DNA of 64,000 nt from NCBI RefSeq assembly GCF_964355755.1, contig NC_092671.1, forward strand, positions 17,918,001 to 17,982,000. Direction: 5' to 3'. Below, in pieces: positions 1 to 11,959 of the stretch. The notes below the pieces were generated by a model, which saw only the letters and a program-made list of their open reading frames with translations, did no database searches and was not told the DNA's origin. Both the position numbers and the translations under genes were made by a program. The stretch is from Antedon mediterranea (taxonomy: Eukaryota > Animalia > Echinodermata). Numbering within the stretch: the first letter of the stretch is position 1; every line of letters starts with the position of its first letter.

Positions 1-106
1 ATACTAGTGTCACAGCCGGAGCTAAGAATGTGTAGATTGCCTTGGTATTATACAGGTAGTAGGCCTACTAAAACAGATTGATCTGCTTCACGCAGAGACA
101 ACTTAC

Positions 107-271
107 AACTTCACGAGATATCCCTGTGTTGACGAGGTAAACAAAACCAATAGTTGAAAATGCCTTAAAAACTTCTTGGATCAGTACTTGAAATGTTTCC
201 TGGTCTGGTTGATCCCTATCGAGACTATAAGCTGAGAAATCTACCACGGGAATTAATTGCTCATTTTCCAT
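107..271 (-). CDS. First coding exon of a 2-oxoglutarate/Fe(II) dioxygenase (DIOX_N, isopenicillin N synthase-like); the gene continues beyond the window start
   Basis: MENEQLIPVVDFS...VFKAFSTIGFVYLVNTGIS matches the DIOX_N pattern IPvvD...a...GFfyl.nhGi. The exon is 55 codons followed by a GTAAGT donor at 106-101. Confidence 0.85.
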
Positions 272-1104
272 TTCTCGTGGCTAGGCCTAGACCTCATGTG
301 TTTTATTGTTATGTGAACAAAAAGATCGATCTGACAGTATTATTCGCATCAAGGTAATCTAACAATAGTTAGTTAGATCAAGGCCTAAGTACGAGAAGAA
401 AAGAGGGCGTAATGCAATTCGTGGGAACAGTATCGTATGGAACGCCACCTTTTTTGAATGGAGGAGAAATAGGGATAGTGCCCGGCCGGTTCGGAGTCCC
501 TCGGTTCTGCTTAAAAGCATCCATAAATTGAATGATAGTATAAATAATGATATATAATGTGTATGAAGATGGTGAGAATATTTCATGATTCAAATTGGTC
601 AGATGTTTGCCCTACTCATGACGTAATTTGTACTTTCCGAACGCGTGGAAACAATTCTTATTTTTTTTTATAGAAAGTCCCCATTAGATATCACTTTTTC
701 GTTAGATAAGGCTAATTCCAAAGGAATTGACCAATCAAATTGCAAGAATAGAATTAGGTGTGTTATAATGGCCTATTCTCTGCAGCCTGCATAATTATTA
801 AATTATTTATATTGACAATATAATGTAGGCCTATATTATATATAATTTACTATCGGTACGCTTTTATACGTAATACAGAGAAAGCAATTTACCGCTTTTT
901 GTAATATTATGATAGCCTAATAAAGTTCTGAAATTGCACATCAGTAATTATGCCATTATAGCTACCTTTATTACATTCCCGTACAATTCGGCATTATAAA
1001 ATGGAAACGTTCGGACATACATTTCAAATTTAAATGTGATTCTTTTGGTAAAAAGTTAACGATTCTAATATCTAATATGATAATGTTTCATCTGGTCGGC
1101 ACAC

Positions 1105-3523
1105 TTAGGCGATTGTATTATTTATACATTTTTTTGACTGTGAAACATTTTTGTTGCATCTGTCACCACCAGCTAGCACTTTCCTAGTTCTTGTGACTCT
1201 CCCGTCTAAACATTCACCAACATTAGACCATTTACTGTAGAAGCATTTTTCTAAAAAAAAAAGAATAAATTTCACAATGATTCATTCATAAAACACTGTA
1301 AGGTATAAGGTTTAGGCCTACACATAGCTATACATTGAGTATCAAAAACCCACGACCGGTGTGGCTACCCATAACGGTACATGTAACATCTTAAGTCACC
1401 CGCGACCAATGCATACTCACAATAATGGGGAACCTAATGCAATTCCGTGAGATTTTAATGCTCAAGTTGGGTTCTTGGCAGTTTTGGAATCCTCAGGACT
1501 AGTAGAATTCATTGCAATTGGGGGCCAATTTTTCCCGACCCTATTTTAGTTGCATCTTGGATTTCAAAATGTCCACCATTTGTTACTCAAAACTGATAGT
1601 AGCTCCTACCATGTACGAACGTAAATTTGTGTGACAAATCTTACAATATTGAGATAAATCAGTCCAATGGTACAATTTATAATACAGTAATAGCATATGG
1701 CAACCATATTGGATTCCAAGATAGCCATTAAAAACGTATATAATATAATGTATGAATTTATGTATTTAATCATCAACAATTATGGGTGCCATATGCTAAT
1801 CCTAAGGATTCCAAAACTGCCAAGAACTCAACTTGAGCATTAAAATCTCATCACGGAATTGATATTTGGAACATTAGGTTCCCCACTACAATTTTTCATA
1901 CAACTCTACAGCCCTTGTTTCGGGTTTAACAGCGTTTGAGCGAGTTGTTTGACTTGCTCTCTCCACCAAATCATTGATGACTGTCTGTAACACGAGACGA
2001 GCCATTAATGTTTCTAAGTGTTTTTCGTTTAAAAAAAACTCAACAGCATACCCTTTCCCTTTGCGGATGTACATTTTTTTGTTTTTACGTCAGTTTTTGG
2101 ACAGTCGGCAGGACTTCCTTCGATAAGAGTTAGCTGTCTTGATCTCTTATTGATCTCCCCGTCGCATTCACTCCATTCACCATGTATATATCTACAAGCT
2201 ATTTAAATAACAGTACATTAGCCTGGTTACGTTTGATTATTTGACACTAACATGAAGGAATACCAGGACGTGACCCGCAGCGAACCTTGACTTGCCACGG
2301 TCAGTTAAGATGTGTTTAATGACAAGATACAGATCGGGTGGTGTTGGTAGTCCCGATAGAAGAGAAGATTGATATAGAAAATAAAAACAAATATCTACCA
2401 ATTAAAAAAATTAAAATGATCTATATAAAGTTATAATAAACAATGAGTGTATGGAGAATCCAACACATCAAAGGAATAGTCAGTTAAGGTGTGTCTAGTT
2501 ACAACATGCAGAATCGGGTGGTACCGCCGATACAAGAGAAGATTGATATAGAGAAACTAAGAAAATATCTACCAATTAAACAAATGAAAACTATCTATAT
2601 AAAGTTAAAATAAACAATGAGTGAAGAATCCAAAACATAAAAGCAAAAATAAATGCTCTCTTTATAAAAGTATATTCACCGATTTTGCATGGTTTCACAA
2701 TAACTCTCTGAGGCCTACAGCCCTCCTCTAACTTGTCTCGATTTAACAGCGCTTGAGTGAGTTGTCGACGGTTGCTTGTTACATTGCAGACTCCCCATAC
2801 ACCCTTTGAATACTTGCATCCTTGTATTAAATTAAGAATAGAGAAAAATAATAGTTTAAAAGTATGTTACAAAAAACACACAAAACCGTTAGTTTCTGTT
2901 GACAAATAAAAAAAATATATAGGCCTATTGTTACTGTCATCATAACGTGGAAAACAACAAAAATTATTCTTACCCAACTTCCTGTCTTCTTTTTTCATTT
3001 GTGCCAAGATCTGAGCGTCAGAACATTGTTTAGTTATCACCTTATTTGGACATCGTTGACCTGATCTTTTTCCTTTTTTACTAGTTAAAGTAATCGTTCG
3101 CATTCCAGAATCGTCACATTTTGATATTTGTTTTTGCTTGTACTTGCAAACTAAAAAAAAAGGACAACATTAGTATTACTGTAGTGATACGCCTAACTGT
3201 ATCGTTGCAGTCACAATGTTTAATCATAGATAACTGCTTTAGGCCTAGTTAATATTTCAAAGATCTATCGTTCAAAATACAGTCAGAGTAAATGCAGGCC
3301 TATGTTCTAGTTTATAATCAACAACACTAACTTTTTGGAAACAATATGATAAAAACAGCTATAATAAGACTGATCAAATCATTGACTATATATTATACTA
3401 GTATAAGGTAACGTAACATTTCAAACCTCTTTTGTTGCCAGCAGAAGATTTTCCTGCTTTGTGACATGTTCCCACTGAGATGAGTACAACCAGAAAGAGA
3501 AATAGTAAAGTCTTGTTCGCCAT
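1105..3523 (-). CDS. Secreted pleiotrophin/midkine (miple)-like protein with four tandem PTN/MK-type domains, ~235 aa
   Basis: Hand-spliced exons 3523-3427, 3150-2974, 2820-2680, 2198-2052 and 1250-1105; all introns are GT-AG and phase 1. Signal peptide MANKTLLFLFLVVLISVGTC. Four 4-Cys repeats: CKYKQKQISKCDDSGMRTITL..RCPNKVITKQC; CKYSKGVWGVCNVTSNRRQL..GCRPQRVIVKPC; CRYIHGEWSECDGEINKRSRQLTL..DCPKTDVKTKKC; CFYSKWSNVGECLDGRVTRTRKV..RCNKNVSQSKKC. Confidence 0.85.
1423..1888. mobile_element. MITE / non-autonomous DNA transposon in the last intron of the PTN-like gene
   Basis: ~80-bp terminal inverted repeats (TGGGGAACCTAATG...GCTCAAGTTGGGTTCTTGGCAGTTTTGGAATCCT versus its reverse complement at ~1801-1888). 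Confidence 0.75.
2300..2645. repeat. Diverged tandem duplication, two ~175-bp units
   Basis: GTCAGTTAAG...ATCGGGTGGT...AGAGAAGATTGATATAGA...AAATATCTACCAATTAAA...TAAACAATGAGTG occurs at ~2300 and ~2479. Confidence 0.8.
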
Positions 3524-5137
3524 TGTGATTGAACTGCAGTCTAAACAGTGATTATGACAATGAAAAGTATTATGCTATTATATGCCACTTCGTCTCTTCC
3601 GTTTCCGAATACAGATTTAAATGATTGAACGTTTCCTTTACGCATAATTTCTGTTTCATTGATCATCAGTAGGCCTAAACTTGATTTAGTGAAACTTTTA
3701 ACTTTATACAACAATTGAATTTAGGGCCGGTTTTAAAAACTAGAGAAATGAAGTCATGACCGTACATCAAGCTTTTAACATGCTCTTTTAAAAGTAGGCT
3801 ATTGCTCTTCTCCTGTTTTGAGGGATTTATTTTTTGAAACAAAAACTAATTACAAAACAATGGTACATAATTATGGTTTCCTTCAGTGAGTAGTGAGGTG
3901 TATCCCATCACTGCAGTTTAGGACGTCCAATGAAAAAACTCAAATCAAGTAGATTTTAGTTTGTGGTATTATTATATTAATGTAAGCTCTATTTTATCGT
4001 ACTCAGGGAGTTGCTGTTATTATTTAATAACAACTCCCTGGTACATTCTAGTAATGGAATTATAAAAATGCCATTTACCGAGGTTAAATCAATAGTGAAC
4101 TTTGCCATAAATAAGATTTTATTGACCATGTGATCAATCCGGAAATAGTTCATACGTTATAAAAATGTCACGCGAACTGCATGCACTGTTATTGAAAATA
4201 TTGAATTTGAAATCCATGCATGTGACACAATCGGCGCTCTATGAATACTGCGCACTTCCTTTCTGTGTAAGGGCGGCACTAATGTGCTTTCGTAGGTTAA
4301 AAAAAATATCAACATGTTCTCTGCTTCTTCCCTCGGTCACACACCGGCGTAGTCTGGGGCTCCAGACGGAGTTTTGTCTTAATATTAGTAAAAATATAAA
4401 TATTTTTGCACATATGGCGTGTCATACGTCTATTACTTTAGTTTGGATACTCCGTCTGCCTGCTGGGGAAACACGCAAAAGTCACGTGGTTTGACACCGA
4501 GAATTCTTGGTGCATAGATTATCCGGTTGACTAGTTTCAGCTGCATGCGATTGGCTACTCACTCGTTCACTCATTTTAATATTCATATTTCAGAATTTCA
4601 AAGACTCAACAACTAAGATGGTGCGCATGCGCTATGTTACGTTTAGACAATGTGTACTTGTTTGGGTACATTGATGAAAGTTTCTGAAGGCTAGAAATGA
4701 TTTTATATGCCTATAGTAGTCTGGTAAACATTGATGGGATTTTCCCCAAGAACATGAAAACTCGTCTTGATATGATAGGCTAGCTTCTCCGCAAATCAAA
4801 CATTGAATGGATCATTTATTAGGCGGAGATAATTTGATTTAATTTCCACCCTGTCCTGTTCTGTGTAGTGGCATGGTGTAGCCCTGTTGTGTGTGAATCC
4901 AGTTGTGTGCCGGTGGTGGTGGTATGTAGGCCTACCTTATTGGCGTTTTATTTGGCAGGTCATACGTGCGAGTTGAGTAGGACCTACAAAGGAGGTAAAC
5001 AAAACAACTTGGCAACACGATTTTATATTTCAACAGTCTCGATCGTACATTCAGCACTGTACGTACTCGATCTTTTTCATTTTAAAACAAAATGATCATT
5101 GGTTGATTCGAAATCCATATTTACATACCGCCCGCCC

Positions 5138-6039
5138 GCGATTTTTTTTTCGTACATAAGTTGGGGACCCCCTCATGAAACGTCACAAAATAAACATGAA
5201 TAATTCATCAGTTAAATTTTCTTGTTCCGTGTGCACCCAAGCGTATAGCAAGAAGAAGTGATTACACAACTGCGATACGATACTTTTACAGTCGGCCTAG
5301 GATTCTAAGTCAATTCACGTGATTGCCTTCGCGCACTCTTCTTCACACACACACACACACCACTATGCAAAATGTGTCGAGTCGAGGCTAATCGACAGCA
5401 AGGCAAGACATTACACCAAGTAGTAATTCATTGGACATAGCCCAAAGAAAGCTTAGACCCACAAGAATAAAGAATGTGTATAATTTGTGTACTGTATTTT
5501 TTTAATTCTGCTATTTTATTATCAAACAATATGCATGTAATCAAAGGAACTGCGCGTATATGAACACATGAGATGGGAAGGTTAGACCCACGAGAATAAA
5601 AAATGTATTTTTGTGTAATGTTTATTGTTTAATTTTGCTGACTCTAACACACACGTCACACACACCAATACAGCTATTACTACTAGAATAGACATGGGTT
5701 TAGAGAATAGTAATTAGGCCTAATAGTATCAATAGCAAACTATAATTTTAACACGTAATTCTTTAGTAATAAATTATATTAAACACACCATAAACTAAAG
5801 GCTGATTATTTCGACAATCCACACAAAACGCCGCTATTCTATTATGAAATCGCACGCGGCAACCGCAGCGGAGATAGGCCTAGAATCGTACCGCACTTGT
5901 GTAAACTACTGTAATCACTTCTTGTTGCTATACGCTTGGGTGCACACGGAACAAGAAAATTTAACTGATGAATTATTCATGTTTATTTTGTGACGTTTCA
6001 TGAGGGGGTCCCCAACTTATGTACGAAAAAAAAAATCGC
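5138..6039. mobile_element. Mutator (MULE)-type non-autonomous element, 902 bp
   Basis: Near-perfect ~130-bp TIRs starting GCGATTTTTTTTTCGTACATAAGTTGGGG. A 9-bp TSD CGCCCGCCC lies at 5129-5137 and 6040-6048. Confidence 0.9.
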
Positions 6040-8521
6040 CGCCCGCCCGATATAGCCAAATACGGTATGATAACCTACGTCATTCTTATCGGACGTTTGC
6101 GGTCTGCAAATCGATGTCTATACGTGTTTCACAAGTCTGTATTTTCAGACAAAAATCGCGGTCGAAATAAAAACAAATAAATTAAAAAAAAGACAATACA
6201 GACTTGGGGCAAGTCTAGTACAAGCTATGCATTTATAATCTAAACGCATAGAAAAGCTAAACATGTATCGAGCTAAACGTGTGGAAAAAGTGGGTACAAG
6301 CTATATGCGTTTAGAATCTAAACGCCGTTTTTAGTGTATTATGCAGGTCATGTTAGTCTAGATTTAACTAAATAGTTCAAACAGTTATTTTGGGTAAATA
6401 GGCCGTTTTGATAGATATGAAATTTATAGACAGTCAGCAAAATTGCTTGATTTCAATTGAGATACCATTTTAAACAAAACGCAAATAAAAACGATAAAAT
6501 AATTATGTCAAGGTTTATATACAGTATATTAATTGTAATAATATAATCATTTTATGATATTTAAATTCATGGCTTTTTGCAAAAATCATTAGGCTTGAAA
6601 TGGACAGGTAACAACAAAAAGCTATTGTTTCATTCAAATAACATCATATATCAAGGCGAGTGGGTACAAAGACAAAGCAAAGCAAAATATGTTACTTAAG
6701 ATGCCGCTTGTTATTCTAACAGACATATCACACGTCATACGTTAGAATATTGCGCATAGATAAGACGATATTAATATTATGACTTGAAAGGCCTAATGTT
6801 TTCAGTACCGAATTTTGTATATTTTGTGTCAAATGGGTATACAGAGGCCTCACAATGTACTGTTACCGGTACTACATAATACATAGATTAAATTGCGCCT
6901 AAAAAGGTACGCGCTTATAAAATATCACGAATCGCGTAGAAAATTGATCAGAAATTAATTTTCTCTAAAACACGTCATTCTTAATCCACAGAAAGTTTGT
7001 TCTTGATATTTTGTGTCCATAACAAATGACATTTAGTTTTTAATCTATGAAATTTGTAAAATCACGCGTATGCTACGTTGTGTAACTCCGACGCCATTTA
7101 AAAGGTGACGGTGCAGAGCAAGTTAATCGACATTTGACTTGGCAGATATCAATTAAATTGACTACACAAAGCTTCAGGTCAAGGGAAAATATATAAACAT
7201 AAACAATTGTTCGTGTACGCATGCATTTTTACGCGAAATTGCCCTTCAAAATGATCTAAATCAATATCTAATCAAATTACAGCGTTCAAAAATATCCACG
7301 CATCTTGTTTAGCGCACAGCACGTAAGTAACGCAAAAGTCCGTTTTTACAGTTAATGTTCTTCATACCCTCACGGGAATGATAAAATTGCTTTTATTTTT
7401 ATGAACTATAAGAACGTGCGTTCTCCATCCAATAGGACATTTAATGCCAAATTTGTATAAAAACCCTATTTTGAATTGCTTATATTATTTTTAAAGAATA
7501 AGCGGTTGCTGCAATTTTTTAATTGGACAGTAGATGTGACTGACAAAATGTTATGATATATGGAAATTCTGATTTTGTTCTCTTTCGTTATAAATCAACG
7601 CATTCAACAGAGCGCATCTCGCTTACCTGAGCCCGATTTTCTAAAATGTAATATGTGCTTTCTCAACCTATTACATTTATCATGAATTGTCACAAATTTC
7701 ATTTTAATGACGTCATCAATAAAAAAATGTTATAACCTTGGTCGCGTAATTTCATCTACTTTGTATATTCTTACAGCTCTTTAAGGTGACCTTGACGTTT
7801 TAAATTATTATGAAAGTTGATAAATGATATGTATTCCGAGAAAAATTGTGCCTACCAGATGTTGCGATTGTTATCTTATGGCCAGCTGAATTAAAAAAGT
7901 TGCTTTTTCATCTCTTCCGTCAAAGTTATACACATTTAAAAGAGCACACACCCCGCTTCTACTGTCCAATTTTCTTTGAAATCACAAATCCTATATTGCT
8001 CAAATCATTATTGTAATCTTCAGGTTTAAATTTGATAACATCCTCATACCAAAAAAACTAAAATATATATGGGTCTCGCAATTTCACATATTCTTCACTG
8101 TATAGATAAACATAATAGGCACAACTGAGTAATAATGTAAGCGTCAAATTTATGCTGCGTTTGCGCGGATTTAAAAAATTAATAAAATTATGTGAAATGA
8201 CCTTATATCACCAAGATCATATATAAGTCGTCACGAATTAAATTCTAGTTGACACTTATTTCTGTGAAATTCAATCAAAATGCTGATTATCTAGCTAATG
8301 TAAATTCAAAATTTCTTAAACATTTAAAAAGCATAAATTAAAATCTTCAGGCGCAAAATTGTTATGAGAATGTTGGGAATATGGAACAATATTTTCTATT
8401 ATATAAGTTGCTATACATTTCATGATCTGCCAACGACGAAATGTGTTTTGTGCAAGATTAATACAGATGGCCCTTAATAACTGACTTCACATTATTACTT
8501 TATTAATTCACAGACATTAGG

Positions 8522-11500
8522 ATGAAGAGTAAAAATACAAACATGGAAGCCGTGGTCGACGCTTTCGCTTCAATAAAAAATATAAAACTGTTTGATGTTG
8601 AAGGATACAGACAAAAAGATAGTGTATGGGGAAAGGTTGCTATTCACTCAAACAGAAAAATAGCATATATAACAGAAAATGTTTATATAATCAATGGAAA
8701 CGACATGATACCATACGGATTGATGTGATGAAAAGGAAAAAAAAAAGTTCGTCTAAGCGAGTGAAAATAAACCCACCGCTGTTTTGCATCTGTCAACGTC
8801 CCAATGACAGGCGACCTTATGTCCAGTGTGATAACTGTCTCAATTGGTTTCATTTCGATTGTGTGGGCTATGAAGACAGTCCTGACAATGAATTCATTTG
8901 TTCAGATTGTACATTTCAAAGAGAAATAAGCAGTACAATAGAAACAAAAACTGAATCGAAAAAGAAGACGACAACAAAAAAGAAAAGAAATGAAAAGAAA
9001 CAGGAATCAAAAACAAATGATACAGACCAATCCCCAATTGCAAGTAGGCCTACTACAAGCGGTAAAACACAACTGAAAAGAAGCAATCAAAATATTGTAA
9101 AGAGAATAGTAAAGATGATTGTGGAGCGAAAAGGACAAATATTCCATGAAAGCAAAAAAGGTGAAAAGAGACACATCAAGAGAGAGCGTAGACGACAAGT
9201 AGGAAGAGAAATGGAGAAAACAGGAGTACCCATGTGGTATTTCAAAACTGTTGGAGAAATGACCAAACAGAGAAAGAATCTGGAAATTTGACAGCCTGCT
9301 CCACCCAGGGCGTGTTGCGAAAAATAATATCAGAAAGGAAAATCCTTCAAAATTTTCATGATGCATTCTGTCACGAGGTGGACATTGTCAGGCAAGTATA
9401 CGCTGATGTACACCCTTTATCAAAGTATACTAATGGTGGATATATACAGTAGGCCTACTTCACTATATTTCCTTTCAAAGTCCACCTCATGATTGACGAA
9501 CAAGCGCAGCTGTATTTGGACCAACTAAAGAATGAACCTGTAACATTACACCTCGACGCCACTGGATCGATCATGAAAAAAGTATCTGGACAGAACAAAC
9601 AAATTTTGTAGGCCTCTTATGCACTGGTCATGCCAAATCCCAAAAAAGTCGCGCTGGTATTCCGGTTTGCGAGATGATAAGCACAGACCAGCATGCCTCG
9701 GAAATACAACATTTTCTGGAGCGTTTTCTGAATACCGTAAGCGGAACCAGGCCTGTGGCGTCAGTGGTACCAAGACGAGTTGAGATCGACTATTCATGGG
9801 CCCTTATCAAAGCAGTCTTGCGAAGCTTCAATTCAGAAGATTGCAAAGGATATTTGCAACGAACGTGGCGCATTGCCCACGGGAGCGTTCATGAAATTAA
9901 AGGCTATACCTATCCGCACATTTGTGCTGCACACATGATTCATGATGTTTCGCGCAGATTAAAACGTCTTTCAACTGACATTAAGAAGAGACAGTTCGTA
10001 TTATACTGTTTCGCCGCACTACAAACTCAGTATAAACTGGAAGATGCATCAACAATTTTCAGGCATTTGTGTGTTATACTCAACACCAAAACAGCGTCGA
10101 CATCGGTTGATGCATCAGTTAAGTACATGAACAATCTCATTAGCAAGACACCTACAGCATCGCATGTGGCGAAGCAGAAGACGCATGTCAAGAAGCAGGA
10201 AGAAATGAAGATGAAGATGTAGAGCGATCTGCAACAATCAGGAAATCATCGCCTTTGTATGTGACATTTAATGACGTTTACGAAGGTGTCAACGATGACC
10301 ATACACCGGTTGATTCTGAACAGAATCCATACTACACCGAAGGACTAGCAAAGATTATACTCGACCAATTCTTGCATATATTCCCGCTATGGAGCGCAAT
10401 GTTCCTCGGAGACCTAAACAGAATATATGGGAAGGAAACTGCAAGCCACAAACCAGTATGTGTAATTAATAGAGCAACAAATTCTGTTATTGAAAATTGG
10501 TTTGGGAACGTCAAAAAAGATTATCTCGGGGGAAACCGTCAACGTTTACGACCAGCACACTTCATACGCAAATCATACCTTAATATTACCGGAAGAGTAG
10601 CTGAAGTACATCTCAAAGAAAGCAAAAAACGAAAAGCTAAGGGGAAAACACAGGAACAGGTTCGAAGAACTAAGCCGGGAAAGTACTTCTCAAAACCAAA
10701 GAACGGGCTCCCACAACCAAAGAAAAGACGTGCAAATAATAAAAATCGGATGGCACAGGAAAATGTTCCACTAAATACAGAAAATGTAAATTATGTAATG
10801 TAAATAAAATGTAAGTAAATTAGGAAGCGCATCACAATCCGAATGTAAAACTAACCGAAAAAATGGAAAATCCAATGAACCAGATACCAAATCCGCTTCA
10901 GTAACCACACCCACTACCAGGAACAAAACCAAGTCTAAAAAAAGTCCAGTAAAGAAGCCTCGAAAAGAAGACATAGAGAATCCGGAAGAAATTTGGAAAC
11001 GACGGAGTAAAAGCCAAGGAAATGCATTCTGCAGCAATGACTCTCATATGTCAAATAATATTCCAATATGGGGTGGGCAAGTTGTCTATCGTGGTGTTCA
11101 TTGCTTTATACAAAACACATGCACTATAGACAATTTGCTACTTATACTGTCTAGGCTTATCCTAAATGTTCCTATGCTGTACAAAACCATAGAAGATCAT
11201 GGAGGTGACATGTGCAATTTGTTGCTAAATATTGTGAACAATTGCAACGAAGGTAAATGGTCGTTGGCGAAAGTCAGATGGCTTTGTGAAGTTCACAACA
11301 TACAACTAACACAACGGAAACGGCAGAACATTGATGCTTTTGGATCGGAGTACAACTTCTTTGTGCGACATATGTCCATCTTTCAATAAAATATCCAACA
11401 GTCTGAATGTTCAAATCCTCTGTGTGTCAAGAGGATAAGGAATATCCGTAGCCCGTCCGTTGAGTTAGGGTAAGTTCAGAAAAGTGATTTGATATTCAAA

Positions 11501-11950
11501 CAATACACAGTTACAATTATACAATAACTACACCACCTACACGTAAACAACATTCCTACTACTAACAAGGCAATATACAGCAGTCGCGTGCTCAAATTTT
11601 AGTTAGTGTTTACCGACCGACCATCCGATCAACCGACCGATAGAGTGATCTGTAGAGTCGCGTTGAACACACGCGACTAAAACATACTGACAGAATTGCT
11701 TAATTATCAATATTTATTGAAACAGTGCGCTCTTAGGCGTTTACAAAGTGGTCGGTCCGAATGTAAATAAATTGTTATTAATGGTTTTGCGCAGTTTTAG
11801 GGTGTAAACACACTGCAAACAATGTCAAATGTTTTCAACATTTTATAATTGTGTTCTTTTCCCTTATAGAATGCCAGAAGACAGAAGAATAGCGACTGTT
11901 CAAGAGGCTCTGGATCATTGGATACACCCTTCCGTTATATCATCGTGTGG
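8522..11950 (+). pseudogene. Decayed Mutator-superfamily (NOF/Rehavkus-like) transposase gene with an N-terminal PHD finger and a C-terminal USP-like Cys-protease region
   Basis: PHD C4HC3: CICQRP..YVQCDNCLNWFHFDCVG..FICSDC. DDE motifs LHLDATGS (~9550), VEIDYSWAL, HICAAH (CxxH) and TNSVIENWF. Downstream NTCTIDNLL and SECSNPLC. Phase-2 intron at 11470-11869. Several stops and frameshifts. Confidence 0.75.
11563..11682 (-). mobile_element. Internally deleted Helentron-associated (HINE/DINE-1-like) element in the transposase intron
   Basis: Reverse-complement match to both ends of the 43831-44542 element (AGTCGCGTG/CACGCGACT sub-TIRs, GGTC microsatellite). Confidence 0.65.
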
Positions 11951-11959
11951 TTTTGCTCA

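Noticed and set aside
4860-4935. Left terminal inverted repeat of the large MULE, pairing with ~13650-13700
   Set aside because: Only a short GGTGGTGGTA/TACCACCACC match, with no TSD found; the element boundaries remain undefined.
9450-9611. In-frame TAG codons as programmed readthrough or recoding
   Set aside because: Both are part of TAGGCC insertions, and the gene also has frameshifts and other stops, so it is a pseudogene.
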